Source of the DNA: Octopus vulgaris
Taxonomy: Eukaryota
Direction: 5' to 3'
DNA length: 64,000 nucleotides
NCBI GenBank assembly: GCA_951406725.2
Contig: OX597816.1
Span: 117,676,001 to 117,740,000, forward strand
This document shows, in pieces, positions 14,403 through 27,767 of this stretch (the stretch's first letter is position 1; each line of letters opens with the position of its first letter). The notes under the pieces were generated by a model. It worked only from the letters and a program-made list of their open reading frames with translations, did no database searches and had not been told where the DNA came from. The translations under genes and the position numbers were made by a program.

Positions 14403-14551
14403 AGAGGCAATCAGCCCACGAGACAAACTTTACGTCATTATGATGACGTCAACATCCATTAGAATTTCATTATAGACATCTTGCGAAAATAAGAGAAGCA
14501 CTGGACCGTTCAAGCACAAACAAAAAATATCAACAGTGTGGATTTTAACAA
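14403..14551. repeat. Dispersed repeat, copy 1 (copy 2 at 24131-24284)
   Basis: Shared agaggcaat...caaactttacgtcatt...aataagagaagca.cggaccgttcaagcacaaac...tgtggattttaaca. Confidence 0.75.
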
Positions 14552-15048
14552 CGAATGAAAACATCATGAAAATTCATGAACTGATCTTGTAGGACTATCA
14601 CCGAACATCTGACGGACTTGTTGATATGGCTGGTGTGTCCTGGAGCTCCTGCCAACGAATTTTGAACGAGGAACTGTGAATGAAAAGAGTTGCAGCAAAA
14701 TTTGTGCCTCGCTTACTCATGGAAGATCAAAAGCAATCACGACTGAAAGCGTGTCGTGAACTGAAAGAACAGTTGGAATTTGATCCGGATCTATTTTCGA
14801 AGGTCATCACTAGTGACGAAAGCTGGTGCTACGGAATTTGCAGATGTAGAAGTGAAGAAAAAAAAAAAAAGACGGAGGCGTGAAAAGGCATCACTTTGCA
14901 AGAGTTCCAGCATTGCTTCGAATAATGGAAAATGTGGCTGGACCGCTGCATTGCTTCAAATACTTTGAAGGTGATAAAAGTGTAAGCATGTAAAACTAAT
15001 TGAATAAAATAATATTGCAAAATTCCGGTTTCTTTTGAGTACCTCCAC

Positions 15049-15049
<1 letters not shown>
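14550..15049 (+). mobile_element. Internally deleted mariner element
   Basis: MKRVAAKFVPRLL...VITSDESWCYG (WVPREL-like linker and first Asp); C-terminal YFEGDK; TIR-like end ...tacctccacg followed by TA. Confidence 0.85.
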
Positions 15050-15083
<34 letters not shown>

Positions 15084-15534
15084 CTCCTCTTATGGACACG
15101 GCTAACAGTCTACATTGTAAACAATTACAAAGAAATGTAACGTAGAATGACCAATTCCTTAAATTTTTATGTAATATTTTAGCTTAATTGATATGAAGCA
15201 ATATATATATTTTTATTGACCAAATCAACCAAATGTTGTCCAGTTTCAACTTTCCGTGCTTTGTGTATATAAAGAGGAAACTTTGTGTGTATATGTAACT
15301 ATGATGTGCCATGTATTAATTTGTGAAAATGCAATTGTATTGCATAATGTTGAGCATATATATTGATGTAAATATGTATGCATAATTTCGTTCGAACTGA
15401 AATTAATACAGCATGAAGACGGTTTCAAAACGGCCGCAACCCTATGGAAGTCACGAGGTTAAATAAATATACATTCACCTCACACATCACCTGAATTTAT
15501 GGTTTTATGTGCGATGTGTGTTTACGCGTGTGTA

Positions 15535-15905
15535 GAAGTGGCTGTGTGGTAAAAAGCTTGCTTCCCAACCACACGGTTGGGTTCAGCCCCACTGCGTGGC
15601 ACCTTGGGCTAGTGTCTTCTGCTAAAGTCTAGGGTCGACCAAACTGAGTGGATTTGGTAGACAGAAACTGAAAGAAACGCCGTATATATATATACCCGTG
15701 TGTGTCTTTGTGTTTGTCCACCCATCACCGCTTGACAACCGTTGTTGGTGTATTTACGTCCATGTGACATAGCGGCTCGACAAAAGACACCACTAAAATA
15801 AATACTAGGCTTTAAAAAAAAATCCTAGGGTTGATTTCTTCGTCTAAAACCTTTCAAGTCGGTGCTCTAGCATGGCCGCAGTTAAACAAGTAAAAGAATA
15901 AAAGA
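15535..15905 (+). mobile_element. CORE-type tRNA SINE
   Basis: gtggctgtgtggtaa A box, ggttcag B-box region, accttgggc.agtgtctt CORE motif, 3' end aaacaagtaaaag. Confidence 0.8.
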
Positions 15906-17650
15906 ATACGTGTGTGCGCGTGAGTGTGTGTTTATACATATTTACGTATATACATACATACATACATACATACATACATACATACATACATAAATGCATA
16001 CATACATACATATATACATACATACATACATACATACATACATAAATAAATACATACATATATATATATATGTGTGTGTGTGTGTACGTACATTTCTTTG
16101 ATTGTACTCTTCTGAAGATAGGGCTTTGCGCCTGAAATATATAATTTTTTTTCAACTTTCATTGCTGCATTGTTAGAAGCTGTCCTAATTTTCCTTTTCG
16201 CTTATTATCCTGTTTCTGTACGACAATGCTTCAAGCAAATTACAATGCTGTTATTTCATATGTATGTTATTTGCTGTTCTTAAATATTTAAATTCTTCCT
16301 TTGAACAAAGAGCTGCTTTCTAACCAATATGCAAAGTTCCATCGTTGCAATGTAGATAACGAAAACAGCGTCACATTATATACGTATGTATATATGCATG
16401 TACGTATGTATGTATGTATGTATGTATGTATGTATGTATGTATGTATGTATGTATGTATGTATGTATGTATGTATGTATGTATGTATGTATGTATGTATA
16501 AACATATATATATTTATCAGGCGCTAAACTACCTTATCTAATAGCTGTTGTTGACCCCAGTAATGAGACAGTTCTCTCTCAAGGAATTGCAATTGCCAGA
16601 AGACTTAAGAAGACAGCTGGCGAAGGCTACATTTTCGTTTATGTTCTTTTTGTCTTTTATATATATTTTTATCCTTGGTTCCACTTCATTACACATACAC
16701 ACGCACGCACGTACATACACACGCACGCACACACACATACACACACACGTACGTACACACATGCACACACGTATACACACACGTACATGCACACACGTAC
16801 ACACACACGCACGCATACACATTCACACGCGCACGCACACACATACACACACACACACGTACGCACACGCACACGTATACACACACGCACACGCATACAC
16901 ATACACACACACGTACACACACACACGTATACACAGACGTACACACATATACACACACACGTATACACACAAATATGAGGCAACTAGTGTTGGTCTGTTT
17001 GCTTCCCTGTAACTTAGGATGTCGCCAAAAAGAAGACGATAGAATGACTGCCAGAATTGAATATGTGCAGGTTTCGCTTGATCGATGAAATATTTCAAGG
17101 AATGCCCCAACACAGCCGGAATCCATTGATTAAATTTAGTAAAAGAAGAAACCGAATGTGTATGCGTGCAAATACGCATATATATACGAAACAGCCCTTC
17201 CCGCAAAGCTAATTAAATAAAATTTGGGATTTTTGCGGAGGGGTAAAAGTGGTAACAAGAACAGGACAGTAAGAACAAAACAAGACAGTAAAAACAATTC
17301 AAGTAAAAACAGTAAAAGACAAGACAAAGAGAATAACAGAGTAAAAACAAACGATGGAAAAATTCTCTGAATGCATTAAGGAGACAGCTTATGAGAGGGA
17401 CAGAATAGGTGGAAGAAAGGTGTTATAAGTCTAACAGCTGTTTCTGAGACTTGCAGTCCATAATAATGTTGAAAGATTTAGTTCATAACAATATGCGGCC
17501 GTATGGATGCAATTAGCTTTGGATAAGATGAGCCTCCGTAATCAGAGTAGAGATCATACTTTTCAAATCTTCAGTTCAATGCTAGAATGACTAAATGAGG
17601 AGAGCTAGCTGTATTAGCGGTTGGAACAGTGAAGTTATATATACATGTCT

Positions 17651-17709
<59 letters not shown>

Positions 17710-17935
17710 TGTCTATGCGTGCATATAGGGACCTTGATATTGAACTTGCTCTCTACATTGCACATTTTTGCTTTGAGTTCATATCATGGTGATATTGAAC
17801 TCATTACCTATAGACCTCAGTAATAATAGTAACCATTACTTTCTATCAACTGCACAAAACACAAAAAAAATCTCATACTGAAAAAACAAACAAACAAAAA
17901 GATTCCTTCAGCCTAGTAGATAGAATGTATGCATA

Positions 17936-18000
<65 letters not shown>

Positions 18001-18003
<3 letters not shown>

Positions 18004-18393
18004 ACAATATAAGGGCAAAAGAAAAATTCTAATGCCAAATATGCCGAAAAAAGACAAAAATTGTCAATTAACCATTATAATTTATGCGTCTCGAAACAAA
18101 CCGATAGAAATTTCTAAAAAATTCGTTATTACCGTATTGGACCAATTTCGGAGTTAATTCATAAGAATTTTCTCTTCTTCAGCGGCAAATACGGCTATCA
18201 GTTTGTTTCGAGACGCATAAATTATAATGGTTAATTGACAATTTTTGTCTTTTTTTCGGCATATTTGGCATTAGAATTTTTCTTTTGCCCTTATATTGTA
18301 AACTATTTATAAATTTAACCTTTAAAGGTATTTTTTGATATGCTGGCCATTGATGAAAGTTTTTTCCCGAAAAAAAAATTTATCCTACATTAG
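18001..18393. mobile_element. Fold-back element A (inverted Penelope pLTR-like) inside (TA)n
   Basis: Arms 18001-18107 and 18195-18302 are near-perfect reverse complements; 87-nt spacer; unpaired tail 18303-18393; (TA)n on both sides. Confidence 0.75.
18132..18194 (-). ncRNA. Minimal type-I hammerhead ribozyme motif
   Basis: Minus strand: ccgtatttgccg-CTGAAGA-agag(aattc ttat gaatt)ctcc-GAAA-ttg-GTC-caatacgg. Confidence 0.6.
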
Positions 18394-18463
<70 letters not shown>

Positions 18464-18470
18464 CCATATA

Positions 18471-18733
18471 TTCTTTTACTCTTTTACTTGTTTCAGTTAT
18501 TTGAGTGTGGCCTTTAGTCGAGCAAATCGACCCCAGGACTTATTCTTTGTAAGCCTAGGAATTATTTTATCGGTCTCCTTTGCCGAACCGGTAAGTTACG
18601 GGGACGTAAACACACCAGCATCAGTTGTCAAGCGATGTTGAGGCTATAGTAGAAGACACTTGCCCAAGGTGCCACGCAGTGTGACTGAACCCGGAACCAT
18701 GTGGTTGGTAAGCAAGCTACTTACCACACAGTC
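18471..18733 (-). mobile_element. CORE-type SINE, internally deleted
   Basis: Reverse complement of the family at 15535-15905; middle portion missing. Confidence 0.8.
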
Positions 18734-18987
18734 AAGTACACACACACACACACATACATTTACATACATATATATATATATAAATATATACATACATACA
18801 CATATATATATGTATGTATATATCTATATCTATATCTATATGTATATATACATACATACATACATACACATATATATATATGTATGTATATATCTATATC
18901 TATATGTATATATACAGACATACATACATATATACATATATTATACACATATACATGTACATACAGACACCCACCCACACTCCTTCG

Positions 18988-19018
<31 letters not shown>

Positions 19019-19652
19019 AAACATACATATTTATATATGTATACATATATATGTTCGCTGAAAGATATATAAAAATTCTTATTCACCCTGTATTTTTTAA
19101 ATGCGAGAGAAAAACTTTAACCGCCCCATTGGAAAAAATAATGAAAATAAAAAAAATGAAAATAAAACAAAGACAAAAACAAAAAACACCCCTCCTCCGT
19201 TTATGTTATTTTTATTTAATATTAAATGGGCTGTTTTATTTTCCAGTTGAAGATTAACATTTTTGTAATACTATTTCATCCCTTTAAACTTAACAGTATG
19301 CTAATCTCATGTTTGAACACATTGAAGAATTTCTGACACAAAGCTAGTGATTCTACGAAAAATTGCTAATGAACCATATTCTTTTAGTACATTCAACACC
19401 TAAATTAAGTTTATCATTGAATTTTTCTTATATGAGTCTATAATCAGTAATTCTAAAGAGAAGGAAAAAAAGCCTATTTTCTGTTGGTATGTTCAACACC
19501 TCCTCTTAAAATGGCTGACCAAATTCACGCTTATTACAAGCTTTGTAAAGCAGCTAGAAGTTTTCTGTCTTCTTTCAAGAGGCCTGAAAGTATATAGCAG
19601 GAGATTTTGCAGTGTTTGAGTGTGAAAGTGTGAATGAGTTAAACCACGCCGA

Positions 19653-19815
<163 letters not shown>

Positions 19816-20739
19816 TATGTATGTATGTAGCACATGCATATATATACGTGCATATACACATCTTTATACGTTGACATACATGCATAAATACATGAATAAG
19901 TATATATGTATATATGTTTATATACATACATCTGACGGTATTACTATAAAATGTATAAATATGCATGTGTATATATCTGAGTATAAATTATACATTCACA
20001 TGAATTTTCAATTGATTTTCATCTATGATTTTCTTTTTCTTTCGTAAAATCCAGCTGAATTTCACAGAAAATTACGAAACGAGATCATAAGTAACTGGAT
20101 GATTTGTATGAACAATCTCTTTCAAATATTTTGATCAATAAAATATATTCATTATCTGTCTTAAATACAACAGAAAATAGAAAGATTTAAAAAAGAACAA
20201 AAAAAAAAGCACAATCTTATAGTTTTCTCAACATGTTTATGTTTGCTGATTAGTTAAATACACGGTTTTCAATTATGATAACTTTTGATCATACAAAACC
20301 TTCCATAAAATACGAAATCTGATGACGGTAACTGAAAGATAGTAGGGTTCCAGCTGCTTTTTCTAGCGGGTGATGTGATCACATAGATGCACTGTCGGAG
20401 GAATAAAAGATGAAACGATCATGGTTGCAATGCATTTGAGAATAAGTCTGATCGATCACGTTCTTTAATGTCTTCGTAACTTATTGGCTTTTGCCCCCAA
20501 GAACTATCTTAGCACAGCTTTCTCTATTCAGATAATCTCACCGTTATTGATTTGTAACTATCCAGTATGATGAAGATTCAGATCTTGAGCCGGACAGTCG
20601 ATAAATCTTGTCTCACGTGGCAATGAATCCTTTTTCCAGACATACCAAGTTCTTTTGCAGTAGTTATCTTACAGTCTAGGGCACATTTTAGCCCTGATAT
20701 GGAATACCTATAATGTAAAGCATTCCAGCCGCAATCGAT

Positions 20740-21212
20740 AATGCACGTACCGAGGAACAATGCACGTACTGAAGAACAATGCAAGTACCAAGGAACAATG
20801 TGGCGTACCGAGAAATAATGCAAGTACCAAGGAACAATGCACGTACCGAGGACAATGCACGTACCGAGAAACAATGCAAGTTCCAAGGAACAATGCACGT
20901 ACCGAGGACAATGCACGTACCGAGAAACAATGCAAGTTCCAAGGAACAATGCACGTACCGAGGAACAATGCACGTACCGAGAAACAATGCACGTAGCGAG
21001 AAACAATGCAAGCACCAAGGAACAATGCACGCACCGAGAAACAATGCACGTACCGAGGAACAATGCACATACCGAGAAACAATGCACGTACCGAGAAACA
21101 ATGCACGTACCGAGGAACAATGCACGTACCGAGAAACAATGCACGTAGCGAGAAACAATGCAGGTACCAAGGAACAATGCACGTACCGAGGAACAATGCA
21201 CGTACCGAGGAA
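20740..21212. repeat. 19-bp minisatellite, about 25 copies
   Basis: Unit g(a/g)aacaatgcacgtaccga with variant units (caagttccaa, caagtaccaa, cgtagcga). Confidence 0.95.
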
Positions 21213-21764
21213 TACATTATCTTATAAATCGTTTCTCAAATGAAGAGGACTTGTTTTTATCTCAGTAAAGGGAAACTGAAAGGTCATAACGTCCGTAATT
21301 TACTCAGAAGGGCGTATATGAGGCCAGTTAGCATCAACTAGGAATAAAAACTGCATTGTGGCTACAGGTGAGTATGAGCTCATTTTTTTTGTTTTATGAC
21401 ACTCACTATGGCTCCCACCACCATAAAACATTCAAGTAAAATATCTATTGTTATCATAGACACAAGTTATCAAATTTCTAGGTGTACAGCCAATTATACC
21501 TACTGTAGTACTTGGTTGGTACTTTATTTTATCGTCCTAGGAAGGATAAACAGGAAAAATTGATATTGGCGAAATTTGAAGTGAAAATATAAAGGACTGT
21601 GATAAATAAAGTATTTTTTCGATCGTTCACCCCATCCGCTGCTCACAAAAATAACAAAATGTCAAAGTCTCAGTTTTAGAGGAAGGGATATAGATAAAAT
21701 AGTCGATAATATCCTTTCCTGAACACCCGAACCAATCACTATTCCATGCGACTTCAGAAGTCAC

Positions 21765-21950
21765 TTGACATAGTGGCCAGGGTATTGGGCTCATGAATGG
21801 AAAGTTGTGTATTAGATTCCTAGACAGTATGGCATGTTGTGTCATTGACTAAAGCACTTTACTTTCCGCTGCTCCAGTTCACTCAACTGAAAATTAGTAC
21901 CAAAAGTAGTTACTGGAGATTAACATTGTGATGAATTGGCATCCTGTCCC
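21765..21950 (+). mobile_element. Degenerate tRNA SINE related to 1093-1412
   Basis: tgttgtgtcattgactaaagcacttt...gctccagttcactca similarity. Confidence 0.5.
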
Positions 21951-23955
21951 GGGTGGAGCGGTATCTTTAGAGATGAGTAATTGCTAGCCAATTCTCCATT
22001 TTGCTTTGTAAAGGCTATCATGGTAGTTCATGTTACTTAAGTGGTCCCGACTTGAGAAGATGCTATCAACCCCAGCACTTCATCACTATTCTAGTTTTTC
22101 AAACCCGGAAAGATCAAAAGCAAATCGACCACCACAATCAGGTAATATTGATGTTAATAAAAGCATGAGACCACACATTTAACAGAGAGCGGATGTGATA
22201 TGATGTAATATATTTTCCAGGGGAGTGAGTTGGTAGTCTAGTGAAGAAGTGTACCTTTATTCCAGAAATAAAAGAAAATATTGGGTCGTGAATTAGACGT
22301 CTCAGAATCACGTTTCTCTCACCAGGGTAATCTAAATTTCCGGTACGATCAAGTAAATATGTGGTTGTCACGGACAAAAGCCGTCGAAAGTTATATCGAA
22401 TATTCATAATAGAGTAACAGTTGATGAGATGATCAGAACTTGTGATATTGAACCAAACAAACTATGATAGCTCTTTTTGAACATTCAACACACACCCCGT
22501 CGTATTTATGATACAATGTTTATTTATCTGTAATCAATTATGCTTGTCCCAGCAACAAGTGATTTCTCTGTATTGATTAAAAATAAAAGCGGCTTTAGTC
22601 CTTAGATAAATTCACCTGTCATGAAGGTGTAATGTGCTGTTGCTAGATTACTTAAAATGGAAAATTCTCTTATTTGTATAATAGATCAAAATTCAAAAGA
22701 TTTTATAACTGAATACAAATAATAGAGAAAGATGAAACTAAGACAACTACGAAGTGGTTGTTATTGGCAGAATATATCAAAACTGTTGTAAAGTACTTTA
22801 TGTAGTCTGTAAATGATACAAGTGGAATGAAGTAAAACCAAATGAGCATCGAATTATTTAAAGGATGAAGTTGAATGTCTTTTTTTTATATAGAAAATAA
22901 GATAATGCCTCTTATTTTTACACAAAAGAACTCACTATTTTAGAGATTTATTAAGGTCTTGTTTAAAATCAAACAAGGTCACATCTTCTCATAGATAATC
23001 AATAGGAATATTGGGTATTTAATAGGAATATTGAATGTCGTTAAAATGATTTTTACATAAGAAATATAGTATACAGGGTTACGAGTACTTTAACATTGGA
23101 ATGACAATAACATGGTTGTAAGTACAACACAACAAAAAAGGATATCCCGACAGACTAAGTTCGCGACCCTGTATTCCTCCTTGTTGAATCCATTATAATT
23201 TTCTCATACCAATAAAATCTTAGATGTCGTAACATTTTATTTCGATCCCTTTACATATCAGGAGACTTATTGACTGTAAACCAGCTTGCATCAACTTTTC
23301 ATTTTGACTTCTTCATGGTCGATAAAATGGCTACAAGTTAAATTCTTTTATTGGTTTTAGCCCTTCCACAAGTTTGGAATAGTGACAACACTTTTAAAGC
23401 TATAGTCAATCACATCAACTACAGTATTTATTTTATCGACGTCTTAAAATTTAAAGTTAAAGTGAACCTTGGCAGTCTGTGAACCCATAATGTAAAATAG
23501 TGTATCTAAATATACCAATGAATTTTTCTGTTATCCTACTGATTCTGCCATACGACTTGCCTCTACTCAAGTAAACTCAATCTACGCAATTGAACTAATG
23601 CTTAATCATATTAGTAATAAAGTTTTTTTGATCTCAAAATAGTCTTTGTATATTTGAGTGTATGCATGTGTAAAATGTTGGTTTGTGTGAACATATATAA
23701 GTGAGTTAGAATGTTTTTTTTTGTTTGCATCAGTGAACGATTGTTTTGTACATGTGTGGGTGTAATTGTGATTATGTTTCTCAGTGAATGTTTAAGTGTG
23801 TCTAATTATGTCTATGCACGATCCAGTGAAGGTTTCTTTGATGACGTCAAAGCTGGTTATAACCTTTCCTTTTACAAAGCTCTCTTTTTCTTCCGTCGAA
23901 GTTGTTGTTTGTTTGCTTAGAATTTTCTTTCATTTCTTCCTTCTTATTTATCTAT

Positions 23956-23986
<31 letters not shown>

Positions 23987-24130
23987 TCTCCTCCTCGCAG
24001 TCTTCCTGGTTGTTATAAGCTTCGCTTGATCCTATCTTTAATGTAATGATACAGTGATGATATTAGACGGTAGTTTGTGGTTTAATTGTCAAAGTCTGCA
24101 AAACAACTCTCCCGAAAGAATGATGAGAAA

Positions 24131-24284
24131 GAGGCAATGAGCCTACAAGGCAAACTTTACGTCATTAAGATGGCGTCAATGTTCATTAGGATTTCGGTAT
24201 TCATTACAGAGATTTTATGGAAATAAGAGAAGCACCGGACCGTTCAAGCACAAACACAAATTATCAACAATGTGGATTTTAACA
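24131..24284. repeat. Dispersed repeat, copy 2
   Basis: Aligns with 14403-14551. Confidence 0.75.
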
Positions 24285-24793
24285 GTAATACAGTTGTTCT
24301 ACTAGCAATTCCTTTCATAATTTAATACGGCTTTTCAAAATAGCTATGTTTAAGAAGTAACGTAAGGTAAGGCGTTATTCTCTACCACAAAGATGTAAGC
24401 CGTTATTCCCCACCACGAGACTGCTTTTATTTCCGGTGGTCGCATGCATAAGGCCAAAAGAAGAAAATTTTGTTCATATGATTGTGTCAATGGAAAAAGT
24501 CATCACTTTAATCTTGGATCTCCAGATTTTAAGGGTAAAATATGAAAGAATATATACACACATACATATATACATATATACATATATACATAATTACATA
24601 CATACATACATACATACATATATACATGCATACATAATACACACACATACATATATATCTACATATGTATATGTATATATATAATATATATATCAACAAT
24701 ATGTATGATTAATACACATATATATACACACATATATATACGCACACAGATATATATATATATATACACATTCATACGCATATACACACACAA

Positions 24794-24927
<134 letters not shown>

Positions 24928-25536
24928 TCACACTTAAGGAAAAAGAGAAAATGGAGATACAATTGGTCCTTACAATGATCGTTATTATTATTCTAGTAAT
25001 TAAGCCTGATAACACTTGGAATAGCGCCAGCAGAAACAGCTATATATGAAAACCATATAAAATATTAAGACAATTGGCAAAAAACATCTATGACAAAATT
25101 TTAAGTGATAAATACAATGTGAGGTTGTCATGGTAGTAAGCTGTTAATGTCTCGCTGTCTGTTGATTGGCTAAAGTTTCCCAACTTTAATGCCAAATAAC
25201 ATCAGAGTCTTTAATTTACGAGATAAAGTATTTGGTTGATCGTAATCAAAATTCGGAGTTGCATCGATATATCAAAATTGAAAGCAATCTGAGCAAAATT
25301 AAAGAGGGGTCATTTTGCGAATGGAAAAGACTAGATCCTATTTTTAGTGTAAGGGTCAATATGTATGTTTGTATGTGAATGTTTGGGAGTGTTTATGGGG
25401 ATGTTTGGGTAAAATATTTGCGTGTCTGTTAGAGTATGTATGTGGGTGAATTGTACATACGTGTGCGTATATCTGTGTGTGTCAGTTTCTATAAATATGT
25501 TTAATATTGGGAAAACTTTTTTATTTCAATAAAGTG

Positions 25537-25579
<43 letters not shown>

Positions 25580-25718
25580 TAAATTAGAGATAAAACCACT
25601 ATTAGACAAATCATACAATGAAAAACTCAAGCCAATACATAAGATTAATTAATTTATATTATTTTAAATATATATCAAAATTATTTTTAAAATTATTAAA
25701 AAAATATAATTAGTATAA

Positions 25719-25781
25719 CACTACGATCGTTTCACGACTGTCCAATTCTTAAAATTTCGGGTTACAGTCATTCTTCAGGTG
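25719..25781 (-). ncRNA. Minimal type-I hammerhead ribozyme (intact core)
   Basis: cac-CTGAAGA-atgactgt...acagtcgt-GAAAC-gatc-GTA-gtg: complete core, 8-bp stem II, palindromic loop III. Confidence 0.8.
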
Positions 25782-25839
25782 ATTTAAATATTTAAATTTT
25801 TAAATATTTTAAATATTTAAATATTTTAGATATTTAAAT

Positions 25840-25903
25840 CACCTGAAAGAATGACTGTAACCCGAAATTTTAAGAATTGGACAGCCATGAAACGATCGTA
25901 GTG
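25840..25903 (+). ncRNA. Hammerhead ribozyme copy with a 1-nt core insertion
   Basis: cac-CTGAAAGA-atgactgt...acagccat-GAAAC-gatc-GTA-gtg. Confidence 0.65.
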
Positions 25904-26187
25904 TTATACTAATTATATTTTTTTAATAATTTTTAAAATAATTTTGATATATATTTAAAATAATATAAATTAATTAATCTTATGTATTGGCTTGTGTTTT
26001 TCATTGTATGATTTGCCTAATAGTAGTTTTATCTCTAATTTAATATAATATGATATTTTTCTATAAAATTGGATTCAATCCTAAATCTGATTTTTCCCTG
26101 TAAATTTGGATTTATTCCCTAATATTTTATTATATATATATATATATATATATAAATATATATTATATAGATATATATATATATAAA

Positions 26188-26236
<49 letters not shown>

Positions 26237-26994
26237 CACATTAAGTACAAGACTTATCTCTGTGTGTTTATGTATTCTTCATTCGTTGGTGATGTCTTGT
26301 GTGTCTTTTATTTATTTTTATAATCGAATGCCACGCAGCCATATATATATATATATATATGAGAACGTTTATAATTATGAACAAGTCACAGTTATAAGTA
26401 AGATAGTTTCAAAAACCCTTACATGTTAAAAATAGCAGCCAAAACTACTTTAAAGGCATTTTATCACTCATATTATTTCTCTTCATGACCAAAACTGTCT
26501 TCGGGTGACATGACAAATAGAATCCACAACTTAAAAATACCTGGTTAATACCCTATTGCAATTTCCACGTTAGGGACCTTTTAAGGGATCCATTCGTCTC
26601 GTCAGGAGTAATATTCCTATAGACAGAAATCAAAACAAGACTTTACCTCGGGGCTAGCATGAATCCCAACCAATAAGAGGAATGTTTCAACCCGTATCTG
26701 CACATTCAAGTTTTGAATCCAAATGCCATGCACAGCGTTTATGTGAAAAGACCAATAAATTCGAACCACGACAAAATAACCGGTTATGAGTTGGAAAAAA
26801 ATTAAATAATTAGAAAGTAATGTGATAAAATCTTACGAAGAACATATTATAAATAATTAAGATTATTTATGAATATATCAATGGCCAGACAAGTTATCAT
26901 AAAATACATAGAAGTACGTTTCATAATTATAAGTAAGAAGGTTTCATAAACCCTTACATGTTTAAAATATAAAAATCATAAAAATATAAAAATC

Positions 26995-27190
26995 CAGCCG
27001 TTGAAACTATGCTACCGTGCGGTGCCACGTAAAAGCACTCAGTCCACGCTGGAAAGCGGTGGCGTTAGGAAGGACATCAAGCCGTTAAAACCATGCTCCC
27101 GTGCGGTACCACGTAAAAATACTCAGTAAAAGCACGCTGTAAAGTGGTGGCGTTGGGAAGGGCATCCAGCCACAAAAAAATATGCCAAAT
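26995..27190 (+). mobile_element. Tandemly duplicated SINE/RTE-tail segment
   Basis: Two copies of ccgtgcggt.ccacgtaaaa...gtggcgtt.ggaagg.catc.agcc; related to 29627-29825 on the minus strand. Confidence 0.6.
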
Positions 27191-27535
27191 TAGACGGATA
27201 TGTATGTATTAAAGAAAGCAAAAAATAAAAACAAAAGGCTAAATGGATGTGTATGTGTATAAGAATTCAGCAATCAGTATTTTGGCTACAATGGTTGAAG
27301 GTTAAAAGTTCAATTATTTTTGATAATGGTTTGGTTGAGGTCTTTGTATTTATGTGTATGATTGCATGTATATGTATTTTATTTTGTGGGGAATTGTATA
27401 CATACGCACACGCGTAAGCGTGTATGTCTGTGTGTATAGTGGGAGAGAGAAAGATGGGGAGGTGAGATATAATTTCTTGTCTCTTGTTCGAAAGAGAAAA
27501 TCTCTTTGCAATCGTACCCATTCAGGTTTTGGACA

Positions 27536-27598
<63 letters not shown>

Positions 27599-27767
27599 GG
27601 CTATGGTAGGAGACATTTGGTGTCACACACTGGTGCTAAATCCAGAAGCATATGGCTAAGAAACAAAGTTCTTGCCACACAGACAGGACTGTGTCTTAAA
27701 ACAGAGCTTATAGAAAAAAAGAAAATCGGTAAATATATATCCAGCTTCCAAAAAAATTCTAATTAAT

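Larger units (their letters stand above)
25571..26130. mobile_element. Fold-back element B (inverted pLTR-like) inside (TA)n
   Basis: Arms of about 225 bp (25571-25796 / 25825-26051) with a handful of differences; tail 26052-26130; (TA)n on both sides. Confidence 0.8.

Noticed and set aside
20319-20344. CTGATGA-cggtaact-GAAA-gata-GTA hammerhead-like string
   Set aside because: Stems I, II and III pair poorly; it could be chance or an unrecoverable relic
20740-21212. CRISPR array or repetitive protein
   Set aside because: No unique spacers, a eukaryotic context, and a 19-bp period that is not a multiple of 3
25120-25335. Helitron-like 3' end (CTAG)
   Set aside because: No clear subterminal hairpin or 5' TC end identified
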